Assembly: GCA_964016885.1 (NCBI GenBank)
Contig: CAXHJY010000082.1
Location: forward strand, 1 to 64,000
Direction of reading: 5' to 3'
DNA: 64,000 nucleotides
DNA from: Eledone cirrhosa
Taxonomy: Eukaryota
The notes below the pieces were generated by a model. That model was not told where the DNA came from, did no database searches, and saw only the letters and a program-made list of their open reading frames with translations. Positions 27,575-40,062 of the stretch are shown here, piece after piece; position 1 is the stretch's first letter, and each line of letters opens with the position of its first letter. The position numbers were made by a program, and so were the translations under genes.

Positions 27575-27763
27575 GTATATGTATATATTTATGTTTCTAT
27601 GTGTATGTATGTGTGTATATATGTGTGTGTGGTTGTATATATGTATGTGTATGTATGGATGTGTTGACATTTATGTGCGTATTTATGTGTGTATATGTAT
27701 GTGTATGTGTGTATTTATATACACATATATGTGTGTATGTATGTGTGTGTGTATGTATGAGTG

Positions 27764-27854
<91 letters not shown>

Positions 27855-28014
27855 ATGCTTTTGTGTGTGTGTGTGTGTGCGTTTTTTTGTGTGTGTTTGC
27901 ATGTGTGGTTTTATTTTATTTTTCCTTTCCTTCTTCTTTCTGCAGCCTCACTTTCATATAGATTGCATTTTTGTTTTTTAAAATCCAAATTCAATAAACA
28001 GACCAGGATTTTTT

Positions 28015-28068
28015 CATTCTGAGGATTGAAAGCAAAATCTTTTGCTTTTAAGAAACCACTGGTAAATG
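28015..28068 (+). ncRNA. Hammerhead ribozyme motif (intact core)
   Basis: CATT (stem I), CTGAGGA 28019-25, 12-bp stem II, GAAA 28052-55, CCACTGG, TA, AATG. Confidence 0.85.
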
Positions 28069-28170
28069 CGATAATTGCCTTATGTTGTTTATTACATAAC
28101 TATTAAGCTCTGTTACCTACATAGAGCACTCTTTTTTCCTGGACTTTTCCGACGGAATTACTTCATATAT

Positions 28171-28317
<147 letters not shown>

Positions 28318-28354
28318 GTATATATATATATAATATGTATATATATGTATATAT

Positions 28355-28410
<56 letters not shown>

Positions 28411-28416
28411 ATATAT

Positions 28417-28518
<102 letters not shown>

Positions 28519-28523
28519 GTATA

Positions 28524-28555
<32 letters not shown>

Positions 28556-28650
28556 GTATATATCTCTCTATATATATATGTGTTAAGATATATAATATAT
28601 ATATAAAGATATATACATATACATACATATTTACATATATATATAATATA

Positions 28651-28709
<59 letters not shown>

Positions 28710-29369
28710 GTCTAAATATGTGAAAATGTCTGCGTTTGTTCGTGTGTGTGTGCGTTTGCGTCTGTGTATTTCGTACATCTATACGTCTCTATGTATGTAT
28801 ATCTTTACTTGTTTACATGGATTAAATTTAAATCATTTGGATGATATTAATATTTTTAGATTAAATATTCAACTAGTAAGTATGTGTTTCAAATTACGGT
28901 GTTTAAAAAATGTACGAAATTCTTATAGTGATTTCTGCTTAGGTATGCCTACATGCTTTGGTACCATAATTCATATGCAATCCTTCATATTTGCATATAT
29001 ATCTGTATACCATCCTTCATATTCGTGTATATATATGTGTGTGTGTGTGTGTGCGCGTGGGTGTGTGTGTGCGTGTATATATGTATATAGATAGATAACT
29101 TTCTGTTTTATTTGCCACCAGGGCGTCAAAGAGTGGGACAAGTACAATGGGGGGAGTTTACATAAAAAGGCGTCCTCAATAAGGAGGAGGCAATTACAAA
29201 ATATAAAAATATAAAATATAAAATATAACAAAAATAAATTGAATAACAAAATCCTCAATAGGGAGGAGGCGCCTTGGGGGGTCGCACACACCCCCGAAAA
29301 AGTGTGCAACCCTTCTCCTCAGGAGCACAGAGAGGGGGTGCTCCCTTGATCTTTCATCTTTCTCACCTA

Positions 29370-32300
29370 CAGTCTGATGTAGAGTGAAGGCCCATTCACA
29401 CGGGCCATTCTCGCCACTTTCACCCATCTTTCATAAAAACGGCTGGGGTGCAGCACCTCTCTCTCCATCCTGATTCTTCTTCCGAAATGATATCGGAAGA
29501 AACGGACCAGTTGTTGGCCAGAGAGAAAGGTTTTACGCACAGAAACACCGCCTCTCCCTTCGTTTTTGAAGAGGGGAGGCGGCTTGATCGTTACAATAGA
29601 CTCGGTGGTCAACCGGATCGGTCCCACCTGTGACAGCAGTCGTTCGACATAGCCCAACAGATCGGCAATGCCCGAGCAGTGTACCAATGCGTGTGCAAAC
29701 GGTTTTCCTCGTCGCACACGCATCTGGGACAGATCTTTTTCGAGGGGTCCCTACCCGGGCGCCCGTGTCTGTAGAAGCCTGTCTCGAACGGGCAGAGCCC
29801 CTCGGTAGCACTGCCAGGTCAGGGACCTCTGGAAGTTATCCATAGGTCCTGGGCTGAATGTCCAACCGAACAGGTTGACCAGTTCGTTTTCCTCCATGCC
29901 TAGGGGCTTCTCCGAGGGTGTCGTCGCACCCTGATAACCACCAGCCCTCTATAGAATGACGAGGTGGATTCTCCACTGACAGCCGGGTCCGCCTGCAAGA
30001 GAGCCATGAGCGCCTGGACACACCGAGTGTGTCCAGGCGCCCAGTTTTTCTCGGTCTTTGCTTGACCCAGGATTGCAGCTCCGGTGAGCGAGACGAGTCT
30101 GGGAAAGGCTCGCCTCACAAACGGGGCGACACCGGTTGACGGTGAGGAATACCTGGAGGTGCCGTAGCCTTAATGCGTGTTTATGCATCATCAGCCACGG
30201 CATCCCCAGCCCTCCTTTCGAAGGGTGTTGACAGCAGATGGATCTCCTCACCATAGGAGCCCGCTTTTTCTAAAGAATTGGAAGAGTGTGCGCTCCATTT
30301 TGGCAAGCGTTTCCCTTGGGCAAGGCACGACGGTCAGGCGGTAGTAGATGACGGACGCTATATAAGTGTTCGCCACCTCCGCCCGACCTCTCAGAGACAG
30401 TTTGCACTCGGCCCACATCTGGGTCAGTGCAAACACCCTGTACGTTACCTCACCCAGTTTTTCTCCACCTGGTCCGAACCAGACCCCGAGCAACTTCACC
30501 GGGCCCTCCGTCCAGCGCCCGACGACGCCATCGGAAGGCATCGATTTGCCCCTCCACGTGCCGAGTTGCAGACCGATCGATTTGTCCCGGTTCAGCTTAG
30601 CCCCTGTAAACCTTTCGTACTCCTCCAGTAAGGTGCCGATCGCGCGCCGATTTCCGAGGCCACGACACCATTACTGTTACGTCATCGGCGGTAGGCCGAT
30701 ACCGCTTTCCGCAATCCCGGTTCCAACGGGATGCCCTGCAACAATTCCAACTTCCGCAGCAGTGGCTCTAGAGTCACTACATACAGAAGGGAGGAGAGAG
30801 GGCACCCCTGTCGGATGGACCGCGCGATTTCGAACGGCTCCGAGAGGTAGCCGTTCACCTTGACCCTAGAGCAGATGTGGCTGCTGTGCATGGCAGTGAT
30901 CCAGCCCCTGAAAACGGGTCCGAAGCCTGCCGCCGCTAGCACCGCATCCAGGTAACCATGGTCGACCCTATCGAACGCCTTAGATTGATCCAAGTTGATC
31001 AGGGCCCCACCAAAGCCGGGTTCGTTCCCAACCCTCTCTATGATGTATCGCATGAGGTGGAGGTTGTCGTGGGTGGATCTGGATAGCACATGTCTGCGCA
31101 TCTCCCACCAGGTTGCCCACGACAAGCGCCAACCTCTTTGCTAGCACCTTGGCCAAAATCTGTAACTCTGTATTTAGCAGAGTTATGGGCCTGAAAGTAT
31201 TTATATCGTCCCCCTTGTTCTCGTCCTTCCTCACTAGCGTGACTACGCCCTTGGTCACAGCACATGGAATTCTCCCGTTCTGTTCCCAGTTGCAGTAGAC
31301 CGCCTCGAGGAGATCGGCGAACAAGTCCGGCATAGCTAGATATAGTTCGTATGTAAGACCATCGAGACCCGGGGATTTGCGTTTGCCGCATTGGCTCAGC
31401 ACGTCCTCTATCTCAGCGGCTGAAATCGGCTCCTCGCAGGACTTCGCCTCCTTGTCCGAGAGACGCGGCAGGCCGTCGAGGTATGGACCGAAGTCCACTT
31501 CCCCAACCTGCTCCCCGCCCTTCCGAACAATCTGGCAATGTGCTTTTGAAAAGCCTCGCACATCTGCTTAGGTTCAAGGATCACCCGTCCATCCTGATCT
31601 CGCAAAGACCGGATAGTGGATCTACTCCCTCTTTTGGTTTCTGTCACGCGGGCCCAGCTAACAGCTTTGGTCTCCTCGTTTCCCAGAGCACGTATTTTGC
31701 TTCGGACGATGCAGCCTTCGTGTTTCGCGTCGAAGAACTGGCCCAGGGCCGTTATCGACGCTAGCACTCTGGCCACGTCGCCGCTTCTAATTGCTTCTTC
31801 TACACTATCTACCAACTCCCTTTCCTTCCTATTTCTATTTGAGGCTAACTCCTTACTAAATTCTATAGAGACTACTCTAATCTCTCTTTTGAGCGATCCC
31901 CACCACCTGCTGTTGACGATGGCGCCCGTCAACCGCTCCTTAACTAAAGTGTTAATCCGGTCCCTGTAAGCTCTACTTGCCGGTAAGGACAAGTTGAGCT
32001 TCCAGTAACCGGGTCCCTATCTATGCGTTCTGTCAAGGTTGACCATGCAGGTCACTAACTTGTGGTCTGAATAGCCAACCATGAACATTTTTGGACAACT
32101 TAAAAAGTCCTTATCCTTATTTCTAACTAAGAACCTATCTAGGTACGACCTAGATGATCCGCTGCGGTTTGCCCAAGTCCAGGCTGGCGCCGTCGGAAAA
32201 TCTAGTCGATATCTATCGACCAGGTCAAATCGGCCGATTAACCCTTTGAGGCTGTTACACCCCTCTCTATCGGGACAGGCCGCTACGTAGTCCCAACGTG

Positions 32301-32698
32301 CATCTAAGATACCATTCCAGTCCCCCACTAATAGCAAGGAGCGGGACGTCCCTAGAAAAGTCTCCAGACGATGGAAGAAAATCCGGCCGCGTTGACCCGA
32401 AAGGGTTGTAGACGGCTACCAGCCTAAACGCTCCGCCTTCACCACTGCCAAGGTTTAGAACCACTAGTCGACCCTCCGGGTCCAAATGTACCGTCTGTTT
32501 TGCGAGACCCAGATGTTTTTGCAGCAGAACGACAACCCCATCCCCACCTCCGGGCTGATAGAGAGATGCGTGCATCTCAAAGTCATCAAAGGTGGGGGCC
32601 AGCTGTCGCACTTTGCTGAGGTCATTTAGAAGCATTGCTTGCTTCCAAGTTGAGCCCAGGCCACGCGCATTTAGACAACCTACTCTCAGTATAGCCAT
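29370..32698 (-). pseudogene. ORF2: APE endonuclease plus RT plus C-terminal Cys motif (frameshifted)
   Basis: GCLNARGL, VGDWN, WTW..SRSYLDRFLV, SDH; KSPGLDGLTYELY, FRPITLLN, LDQSKAFDRVDH, RQGCPLS, GGLGMP, HALVHC. Confidence 0.92.
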
Positions 32699-33266
32699 GT
32701 TGGTGGTGAAGAGAAAGGGCATTTACCTCTCTGCGTCCCGAGTATCGGGCTGCACAATTTCCATGAGGGTGGGGGATGGGTTGTTGGGTGGGGTGGTGGA
32801 TTGTGGAAGTGTAGGGGCATCAGTGTGTTGTGTGGTTGGGGTGTTTGGAGTTGTGTGGTTGTTTGGGGAGGGGGTGGGGAAATTTTTTAGGAGGACACGG
32901 TTAATGGGCCCGACGCAGGGGGGGGGGGGGGGGACAATCCTCTTTAAAGTTGTTTTTTTAGCGTTTTATGTGTCCTCTGGGGCCTTAATCATTTTGAGGT
33001 GAGGGAAATCCCCTGCCTGGGTGAAGTTAGGCCCTTGGGTTTTCACTAAATTGTTGTTGTATACAATGTTTAGCGGTTTTTTTTATTTCTTGTGTTTATG
33101 TATGTGTATGCATGTTTTTGTTTTTGTGTGCTGTTTTTTGTGTGCTGTTGGTGTCTGTGTCATGTTTTGGGGAGGGGTTGTTTTCATTTGTGTGTCTGAG
33201 GTGTGTTTTCTTTTTTTTCTTTTGATTGTGTGGAAGTGCTCCTCCTCGTCTGACGACGAACGAGGG

Positions 33267-34339
33267 TCATCTTCCGTGTTGGAGAGGAGGGGTAGATTTT
33301 TGGGTTGTGTTTGCGGTGCGGGTGTTTTGGAAATTGTTTTTTTTTAGTGGGGGAATGGGTCCGACAGTGTTTTGTTTTGGTTTGAGCTGTGGTTGTTGTT
33401 TTTGTAGTGGTGGTTGTGGTGATTGTGTTGGTTGTGCAGTTGTTGGTGGTGTAGGCAGGATTGGGGTTTTATTTTTAAGTTGAGGACAGACAGACCTCAG
33501 GTGACCTCTGGCTCCACAGAGGTAACACGAGGGCCGCCTACCCTTAACGGTAATGTTAATAAAAGTTTGATCATCCAGTATGACGTGTTCAGGGATCTGG
33601 GCGATCCTTTCGGTCCACATTTGAACTACAAGTTCGAGGCCCGTTCCACTGAACGCGTCACCCGATGCCTTTCCCATGGATATTAATGTGTCGTCGTCTA
33701 GGTCCAGGAAACCTGTCAATACCCACCATATGTCCATACTCGGAAGGATGGTGTGAATTTTTATTTTTTGTGTCCTTCTACCCATGTACGTAGGGTAGAA
33801 GGTGTATGCGGTGGATGTGATCGGTTTTATTGACAGTTTCGCTGCCGTGTCCCTGTCCTTCATGAGAATGGACCCATAGAGTCTATCCTTCTGAATGAAT
33901 ATGATGTCTTTCATGACATATTTTAAAACCAGCTCTATCTCACTTTGTGATGGTTGAGCTGGTGTTTTGCTTTTGTTTGAGACTGTCCTAAACATGACAG
34001 TGTTTAGGAGTCTCTGGCTTTTTAGTTCCGGGGGGGGGGTTGGATCGAACGTGATCCATTTTCCCCGTACACTACGTATTTTTTGTCATCTGCCAGTAGC
34101 TCCTTCGCTTTGCTTATATCTACTGGCAGATAGTCGAGGGTTTTCCTTGCAGTCTGGGCGAAGGAGACCTTTTTCTTGTTCGTGTTGCTGTTGTTGTTGG
34201 TGAGGTTGTTGTTATCATTGTTGTTGGTGTTGTTGTTGTTTTTGTTGTCTTTATTGTTGCTGTTGTTGTCGTTTTTGTTGTTGTTTTCAGTTTCTTGTAT
34301 AGTTGTGGCTACATCAAGTTCCTCTACAAAATGGTACAA
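33267..34339 (-). pseudogene. ORF1: gag-like nucleic-acid-binding protein with CCHC knuckle (frameshifted)
   Basis: CYLCGARGHLRSVC (CX2CX4HX4C); N-terminal poly-Asn and SFAQ motif in 34022..34339. Confidence 0.8.
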
Positions 34340-34512
34340 AAATGAAAGTTTACAGTTAGGAAATTCTTTGGAAATTTAGGCAGAACTTACCCACCAAGTT
34401 TCACGCGTGTGTCCATCCCAAGATAGATATAGAGATAGATAGATATATGTAAAAGGTAAACAGAAATAACAACACAATCGGTACAGTATATATACACTCT
34501 TTATATATATAC

Positions 34513-34570
<58 letters not shown>

Positions 34571-34616
34571 CGTAAAATAAGAAAATTATAAAATTAACTT
34601 ACTTACTAAAATTTCA

Positions 34617-34693
34617 CTCCAACTAATTAGTTTCTGAAAGGGAATAAACAGTTTCCGAAGAAACGTACGGAGAAGCCTTTCGTCATCAGGGAA
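34617..34693 (-). ncRNA. Hammerhead ribozyme motif with long stem II insertion
   Basis: Minus strand: TTCC-CTGATGA-CGAAAGG...CCTTTCA-GAAA-CTAATTAG-TT-GGAG. Confidence 0.65.
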
Positions 34694-34743
34694 GTCTATT
34701 CTCAACTAAGTTTCCAGGCAATACGTGGACACAGGGAACTTAT

Positions 34744-34883
<140 letters not shown>

Positions 34884-34941
34884 AAAAGGTATGACCTCGA
34901 CAGCAGAGCTCAACCCGTTTCGACGGCTATTTCAGGGCTAC

Positions 34942-34977
<36 letters not shown>

Positions 34978-35110
34978 CGTGTGTGCGAGAGAGAAAGAGT
35001 GTGTGTGTGCGTGTGTGTGTGTATGTGTGTATGTATTTATGTATGTATATGTTGCGAAAAAGGAAAAAGGAAAAAGGAAAGCAATGCTCAATCGGGAAGA
35101 GAGCTGATAT

Positions 35111-35292
35111 ATTTATCTTCGTACACGGAACAAAAGCGATATCTAAGGTTTCAAGGTCTAATATTGTCCATATCCCCATCGTTTATACGCCTGAAGATTA
35201 AGTAAAAACTTGTGGTCCCTCTTACTTTCTGGAGATATTGGACCTTGAAACCTTAGGTAGCGCTTTTGCTCCTGGCGTATATGAACATAAAT
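35111..35292 (+). mobile_element. pLTR-like fragment with HHR motif and upstream inverted duplication
   Basis: CGC-CTGAAGA (35191-97)...GAAA-CCTTAGG-TA-GCG (to 35262). 35111-35165 is an imperfect reverse complement of 35234-35292. Confidence 0.55.
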
Positions 35293-35329
35293 AAACAATA
35301 TAAATTAATATAATATAATATAATATATG

Positions 35330-35380
<51 letters not shown>

Positions 35381-36088
35381 AATTCATAGGGATATCTACT
35401 TTGACCGCTGGCCACGTGATGATTCTTGCCCATTTTGAATTCATTTCTGGCGGCGACCACTGTAGAAATTTTAGTCCAAACTTGAGGGAGTCTCTTGATA
35501 AGCTCTAAATTTCATGGATAATACCAAGATTGGACATATCCACGAAGTAGGAGCGAAACTATCGATAGTTGGGATTAGAGGTATTTTAGTAAAGTTTATA
35601 TGCATTTTTTCTTCTAACTTATATTTTAGACTTAGCTCCGTTTAATTGATTATTTGTCTAGTTGATTTCTACGGGCTAAGAGGAAAGACAGGGTAAATTT
35701 TATCTGACTGTTCCTGTCGGAGAATAGTCTGTATCATTTATCTATTATTTCTTCGAAGTTACATTTTAAACTTATAGCTCCGTTTAAATGATTATTTATC
35801 TAGTTGATTTCTACGGACTAGGGTGAAGAAAGACTGGGTATATTTTATCTAATAATTCTTCAAACTTATATATATATATATATATATAAGTTTGAAGAAT
35901 TATTAGATAAAATATATATATATATATATATAAAGTTAATAAAGTGTGACACCAAGAATAAGGCGACCAAAAGCATGTAGCCACAATAATACAACAACAT
36001 CGATATATACAAACAGGTCTCCTTTGTTCTGTCCTACATCTTTTTTGGTGTAGGACAGAACAAAGGAGAAACAGAAAATCAGAAATCA

Positions 36089-36131
36089 GTTACTGAGGAG
36101 GTCACAGAATATGTGACGAAAGAGCTTTGAC
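36089..36131 (+). ncRNA. Minimal hammerhead ribozyme motif
   Basis: GTTA-CTGAGGA-G-GTCACA-GAATA-TGTGAC-GAAA-GAGC-TT-TGAC. Confidence 0.7.
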
Positions 36132-36329
36132 AATATATAAATAACCATCTGGTTATTGAACCAACCTACCAGAAATTTATAATAAATTGAAGTAAAAACC
36201 AATAGGAGCATGTGTTTTTATTGGCAACATGACCCTCCTAAAGTATAATATCTGTTTCAACACACGTTTCCAGATAAGAAATCTTGCAAAACCAATACGG
36301 AAACGAAGTATGTATATATATATATATAT

Positions 36330-38240
36330 ATTTATTAAAATAACAGATTAAAGTTTAAGCAAAGAATCGCTGCTTTCACCCTTAACGGGATCTTCTGAAA
36401 CTAACAAAGTCAATCTGTAAACGCAGAACTGGATATTTCAAAAAACGTTGCAACCGGAGGAAGACAGGAAGACGATACTTTGGTTCGTGGTAACGTTCGC
36501 TGGCAAAGAACGGGAAAAAACGAATAATACGTCATTAATAGGAGCGGTGAAAAACAATTACGCGCAAAGACCGAACCACGTTTATGGTATAAAAGAGGTC
36601 GTAGACTAATGTTCTCCTAGGTGGTGCATAGAGACGTTCTCTGGCAATGAACGAAAAAACGAAGATAATAAGTCATATGTTGAGCGTGGAGAACAATAGC
36701 ACGCAAAGACGTAAATGGTATAGCAGAAGTTGTAGACTAAAATTCTAACTAGGAGACCAAATGAATCTCCGCTACAGAGTTAAGAACAAAGTAAATAAAT
36801 ACAATACAGAAGTAATAGAAACAAATAAATACATACACGCAAACATATACGTACATACACAAGCATACGCAAAACCTTACCATAGGTATAGAAAACCACG
36901 CACATATAAATATGTGTGTGTGTGTATGCTTGTGTACAAATAAATAAATAATTATATAAACGTACATAAGTAAATAAATACGTATATAACAAGCGCACAC
37001 GCATACCTACAAATAAATACACGAATGTTCAGAGACGTAAGTCAACTAAAACAAGAAGTACACATATACACACACCCACCATACGTACGAACCTGCATAC
37101 TCACGCAGACGCAAAACTCCCGTATACACATAGCCAAACCCTAAATACCAGAATGTGTAAAAATTATACGCCATAACAGTCAAATATACGTACGAGAAGG
37201 TATACATACCTTCACAAAACATACGGGTAATATATACTTACCTATGCAAATAAGTAAAGGAATAAACAAAACATATACTTAGCTCCCACATCAAGACGTA
37301 AAATATCCACGTATAGATCGTGCTATCCGTTAGGGTATAACGTGGGGCTGTAATACAGGAAAGTTTTGTGCAATTTATGTTTACAAGCCGAAATTGCCTC
37401 AGATTTTTTGTTTAAGATGTGGTCTGTGGCGTAGAGTATTTCCAGGGCCTCAGCGGCGCAGAGGTCACATGGTCTTTTATTTCCGTTATACGATCTAGCC
37501 CTAGCTAGGATCTCCCAGTGTAACTTATATTGGGTGTGGTTGTCTTTTAGACTCCAGATATAAGCTGAAAGTGACGTCATATTTCTTCTTAGAGGGTAAC
37601 GAAAAGAATGGGTATGCATGTAAAGACGCTGCTTGAAACTATTGGCGGTTAATCCTATGTAGGCCCTACGGGACGTGGGTGTTACAACCTTACATTTGTA
37701 GACGATGTTACTAGAGAGGCATTTCCCGGATAGGGGGCAATCAGCCCGATTCCTACAATTACAGTTAGTACTAACTACAGGGTTGCAAGTGTTCCTACGG
37801 CTAGGTAGTTTAGCTAAATTTGAAGCTGTGATGTTATGTGCAAGGTTAGGAGTCGTAGAGTAAGAAATTTTAATAGTATTTCTATTAAAAATTTTACTAT
37901 ATTTATGTGTAGGGGGAAAATGCTTCGTAATAAGGGAAAGAAAGATCTTAGCTAATGGTGTGGCCACATCCATATTATATGGTGGGCTAAACCAACAAAT
38001 GCGACGGGATCTATTTCTTCTAGGTCTATTTTCGTACTCTGTATATGCTACCTTATCGACAAATCCACTTTGAGCAAGAGCTTCATTGTAATAAGTGGAA
38101 TGATCGTTGAAAATGCGCTCGTTGGTGGAAAGACGGGAAAGTCTCAACGAAACGTTTCTTACCAGGTTCTTGGTTATGCTGGCAGGATGGTTGGAATGCT
38201 TACTTATGTAATTAAGCGTATCATTCGGCTTTCTATATCT
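36330..38240 (-). mobile_element. 5'-truncated Nematis-type PLE with about 1-kb 3' region
   Basis: Open thumb plus EN frame, truncated in (TA)n. Degenerate HHR-like CAGAAGA-CCC..GGG-GAAA at about 36361-36400. The 3' boundary is inferred. Confidence 0.8.
37323..38240 (-). pseudogene. PLE RT thumb plus GIY-YIG endonuclease (uninterrupted fragment)
   Basis: YRKPNDTLNYISKHSNHP, WFSPPY, KIFNRNTIKISYS, CNCRNRADCPLSGKC..IVYKC..YIGLT..FKQR..H, CDLC..E, LNKKSE...CKH. Confidence 0.9.
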
Positions 38241-38829
38241 ATATACATATATATATATACATGCATATATATATATATATGTGTGTGCGTACGTGCGTGT
38301 TTGTGTCATTACCGATTTTGAAATTTTATCTGCGACGCACGCGGCTCCCCCTCCTCTTTCTTTTTTGAGTTATTTACTTATTTTAACGCGGAAATTCTCC
38401 ACTTCTATCACGTGACTCTTTTGTTGCCTTCTTTTGTCGTGGTTTTGTTACACTGTCTAAACCTGATTGTTATCCTTAGCCAGTGACGTGGTGAGATTTT
38501 GTGATGCCTCGGGCAGTATCCGTGATTGTATGCTCCTGAAATTCAAGATAGGGCTTAGTGCTGAAAAATCTGAGCAAAGCAAACATTTTAAATATGTAGA
38601 AAACAGCTAAACCATGAAATAAATGCTTCAAATTAATATGAAATGATCCACACGAGTTTCTCCGAGTTTAGCTCCATAGTTTATACTCGGAGAAACTCAG
38701 GTTAATAAATTTCTTGACCTTTTGATCTGAGCGGTAAAATGGGCACTTGAGAAATCTAAGTGGGCACTGCAATCAGTAGCCATAATAAACGGAGAACCAT
38801 GTGTGACACTTCGGTTGGATGCCCCCACT

Positions 38830-39168
38830 AAGGGTAAAGACCCCCTTCGGTCATGAATGACCATGGGATTTGGACTTAGAAAGTTCTCCTCCGTGGCACA
38901 AGTCCAGGCAAGGTTGTTTGTGAAAGACCAGCAGTCGCCCATGCACACCACCCTCCCCTCTCTATGCCACCGATGTTGTTCAAAGGAAAGGCAATGACCG
39001 ATAAAGCTTGGCACCAGTGACGCCGCAATTCATTTCTACAGCTAAGGAAACTGGAGCAACATGAAATAAAGTTTCTTGCTCAAGGACACAACGCATCACC
39101 CGGTTCGAGAATCGAACTCACAAACTTCCGATTGCAAGCGCATTGCTCTAACCACTAGGCCATTCCCC
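38830..39168 (-). mobile_element. tRNA-derived SINE
   Basis: Minus strand TGGCCTAGTGG A-box, GAGTTCGATTC B-box, core TTGTGTCCTTGAGCAAGAAACTTTATTTC. Confidence 0.85.
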
Positions 39169-39568
39169 CACTAACTACCTCGATATGATTGCCATGGGTC
39201 AACACATCTTCTGCAATTCTACCCCACCACCTGCACTCTACACGTAACTACTATTATCCCACGTTTTCCTGTCTGTACGTCACTTATGTTTCATGGATAT
39301 AACTAACAACCTTCGACACATTTTGTTTGAATTAAATCTTCAACATTTAATCATATACGTATTTTATCGTTACTATTTAATTCTATGTACATTCTGTTTC
39401 CTTTTCGTCTTGTAAAATACTCCAAGTCAAAGTTTAACTATCTTCTCAGACACTGTGACCTCGAATGGAACAGAGTACTGTAGGTAGAAGTCGAAACTTT
39501 ACGTCTATTTCGACAGCTAACGGCCACGAGATTTTGCATCTTGCTAATCTTACAATATGTATGTGTAA

Positions 39569-39597
<29 letters not shown>

Positions 39598-39599
<2 letters not shown>

Positions 39600-39693
39600 G
39601 GGTGTCACAAAAAATATATACACTCTTTGATTACCTGTACAGGCAATATTTACGAGAATGCTGTTGAAGTGTGTATACATTTTTTGGGGCACC

Positions 39694-39696
<3 letters not shown>
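39598..39696. mobile_element. Tc1/mariner-type MITE (about 99 bp) in (TA)n
   Basis: TIRs TAGGGTGTCACAAAAAATATATACAC and GTGTATACATTTTTTGGGGCACCCTG, with TA flanks. Confidence 0.75.
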
Positions 39697-39774
<78 letters not shown>

Positions 39775-39846
39775 TATATATATATGCATATATATGTATA
39801 TATGCATATATATATATATAAATATATATATATATATGCATATATA

Positions 39847-39879
<33 letters not shown>

Positions 39880-40016
39880 GTATATAAGGGAGAGGATCAG
39901 GGGTGTATAACACTCCACTTATCCAATAGGCAGTATAAGGTTAGCTCGATGTCTGAGGACAGAGCCGTGATATAATCAACAACAAAGAACGCCTATAGCA
40001 TATGCATATCTTTACT

Positions 40017-40062
40017 TGCTAACATTGTTTCATCCGCACTACAAGTGGGACTCATCAGAGCA
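40017..40062 (-). ncRNA. Hammerhead ribozyme motif (intact core)
   Basis: Minus strand: TGCT-CTGATGA-GTCCCAC-TTGTA-GTGCGGAT-GAAA-CAATG-TT-AGCA. Confidence 0.85.

Larger units (their letters stand above)
23828..28155 (+). mobile_element. Penelope-like element, Nematis-type, with 5' inverted pLTR and tandem 3' pLTR segments
   Basis: 23828-24778 is the reverse complement of about 27040-28102. RT/EN remnants at 24815-26330. Three copies of one HHR. Confidence 0.9.
29099..34421 (-). mobile_element. Near full-length L1/Tx1-clade non-LTR retrotransposon, degenerate
   Basis: Two-ORF layout: zinc-knuckle ORF1 followed by APE-RT ORF2. 3' AATAAA and A-rich end. Both flanks are GATA/TATC repeats. Confidence 0.92.

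Noticed and set aside
29448-33686. Plus-strand ORFs overlapping the Tx1-like element
   Set aside because: Antisense shadows of GC-rich retroelement coding sequence with no recognisable motifs.
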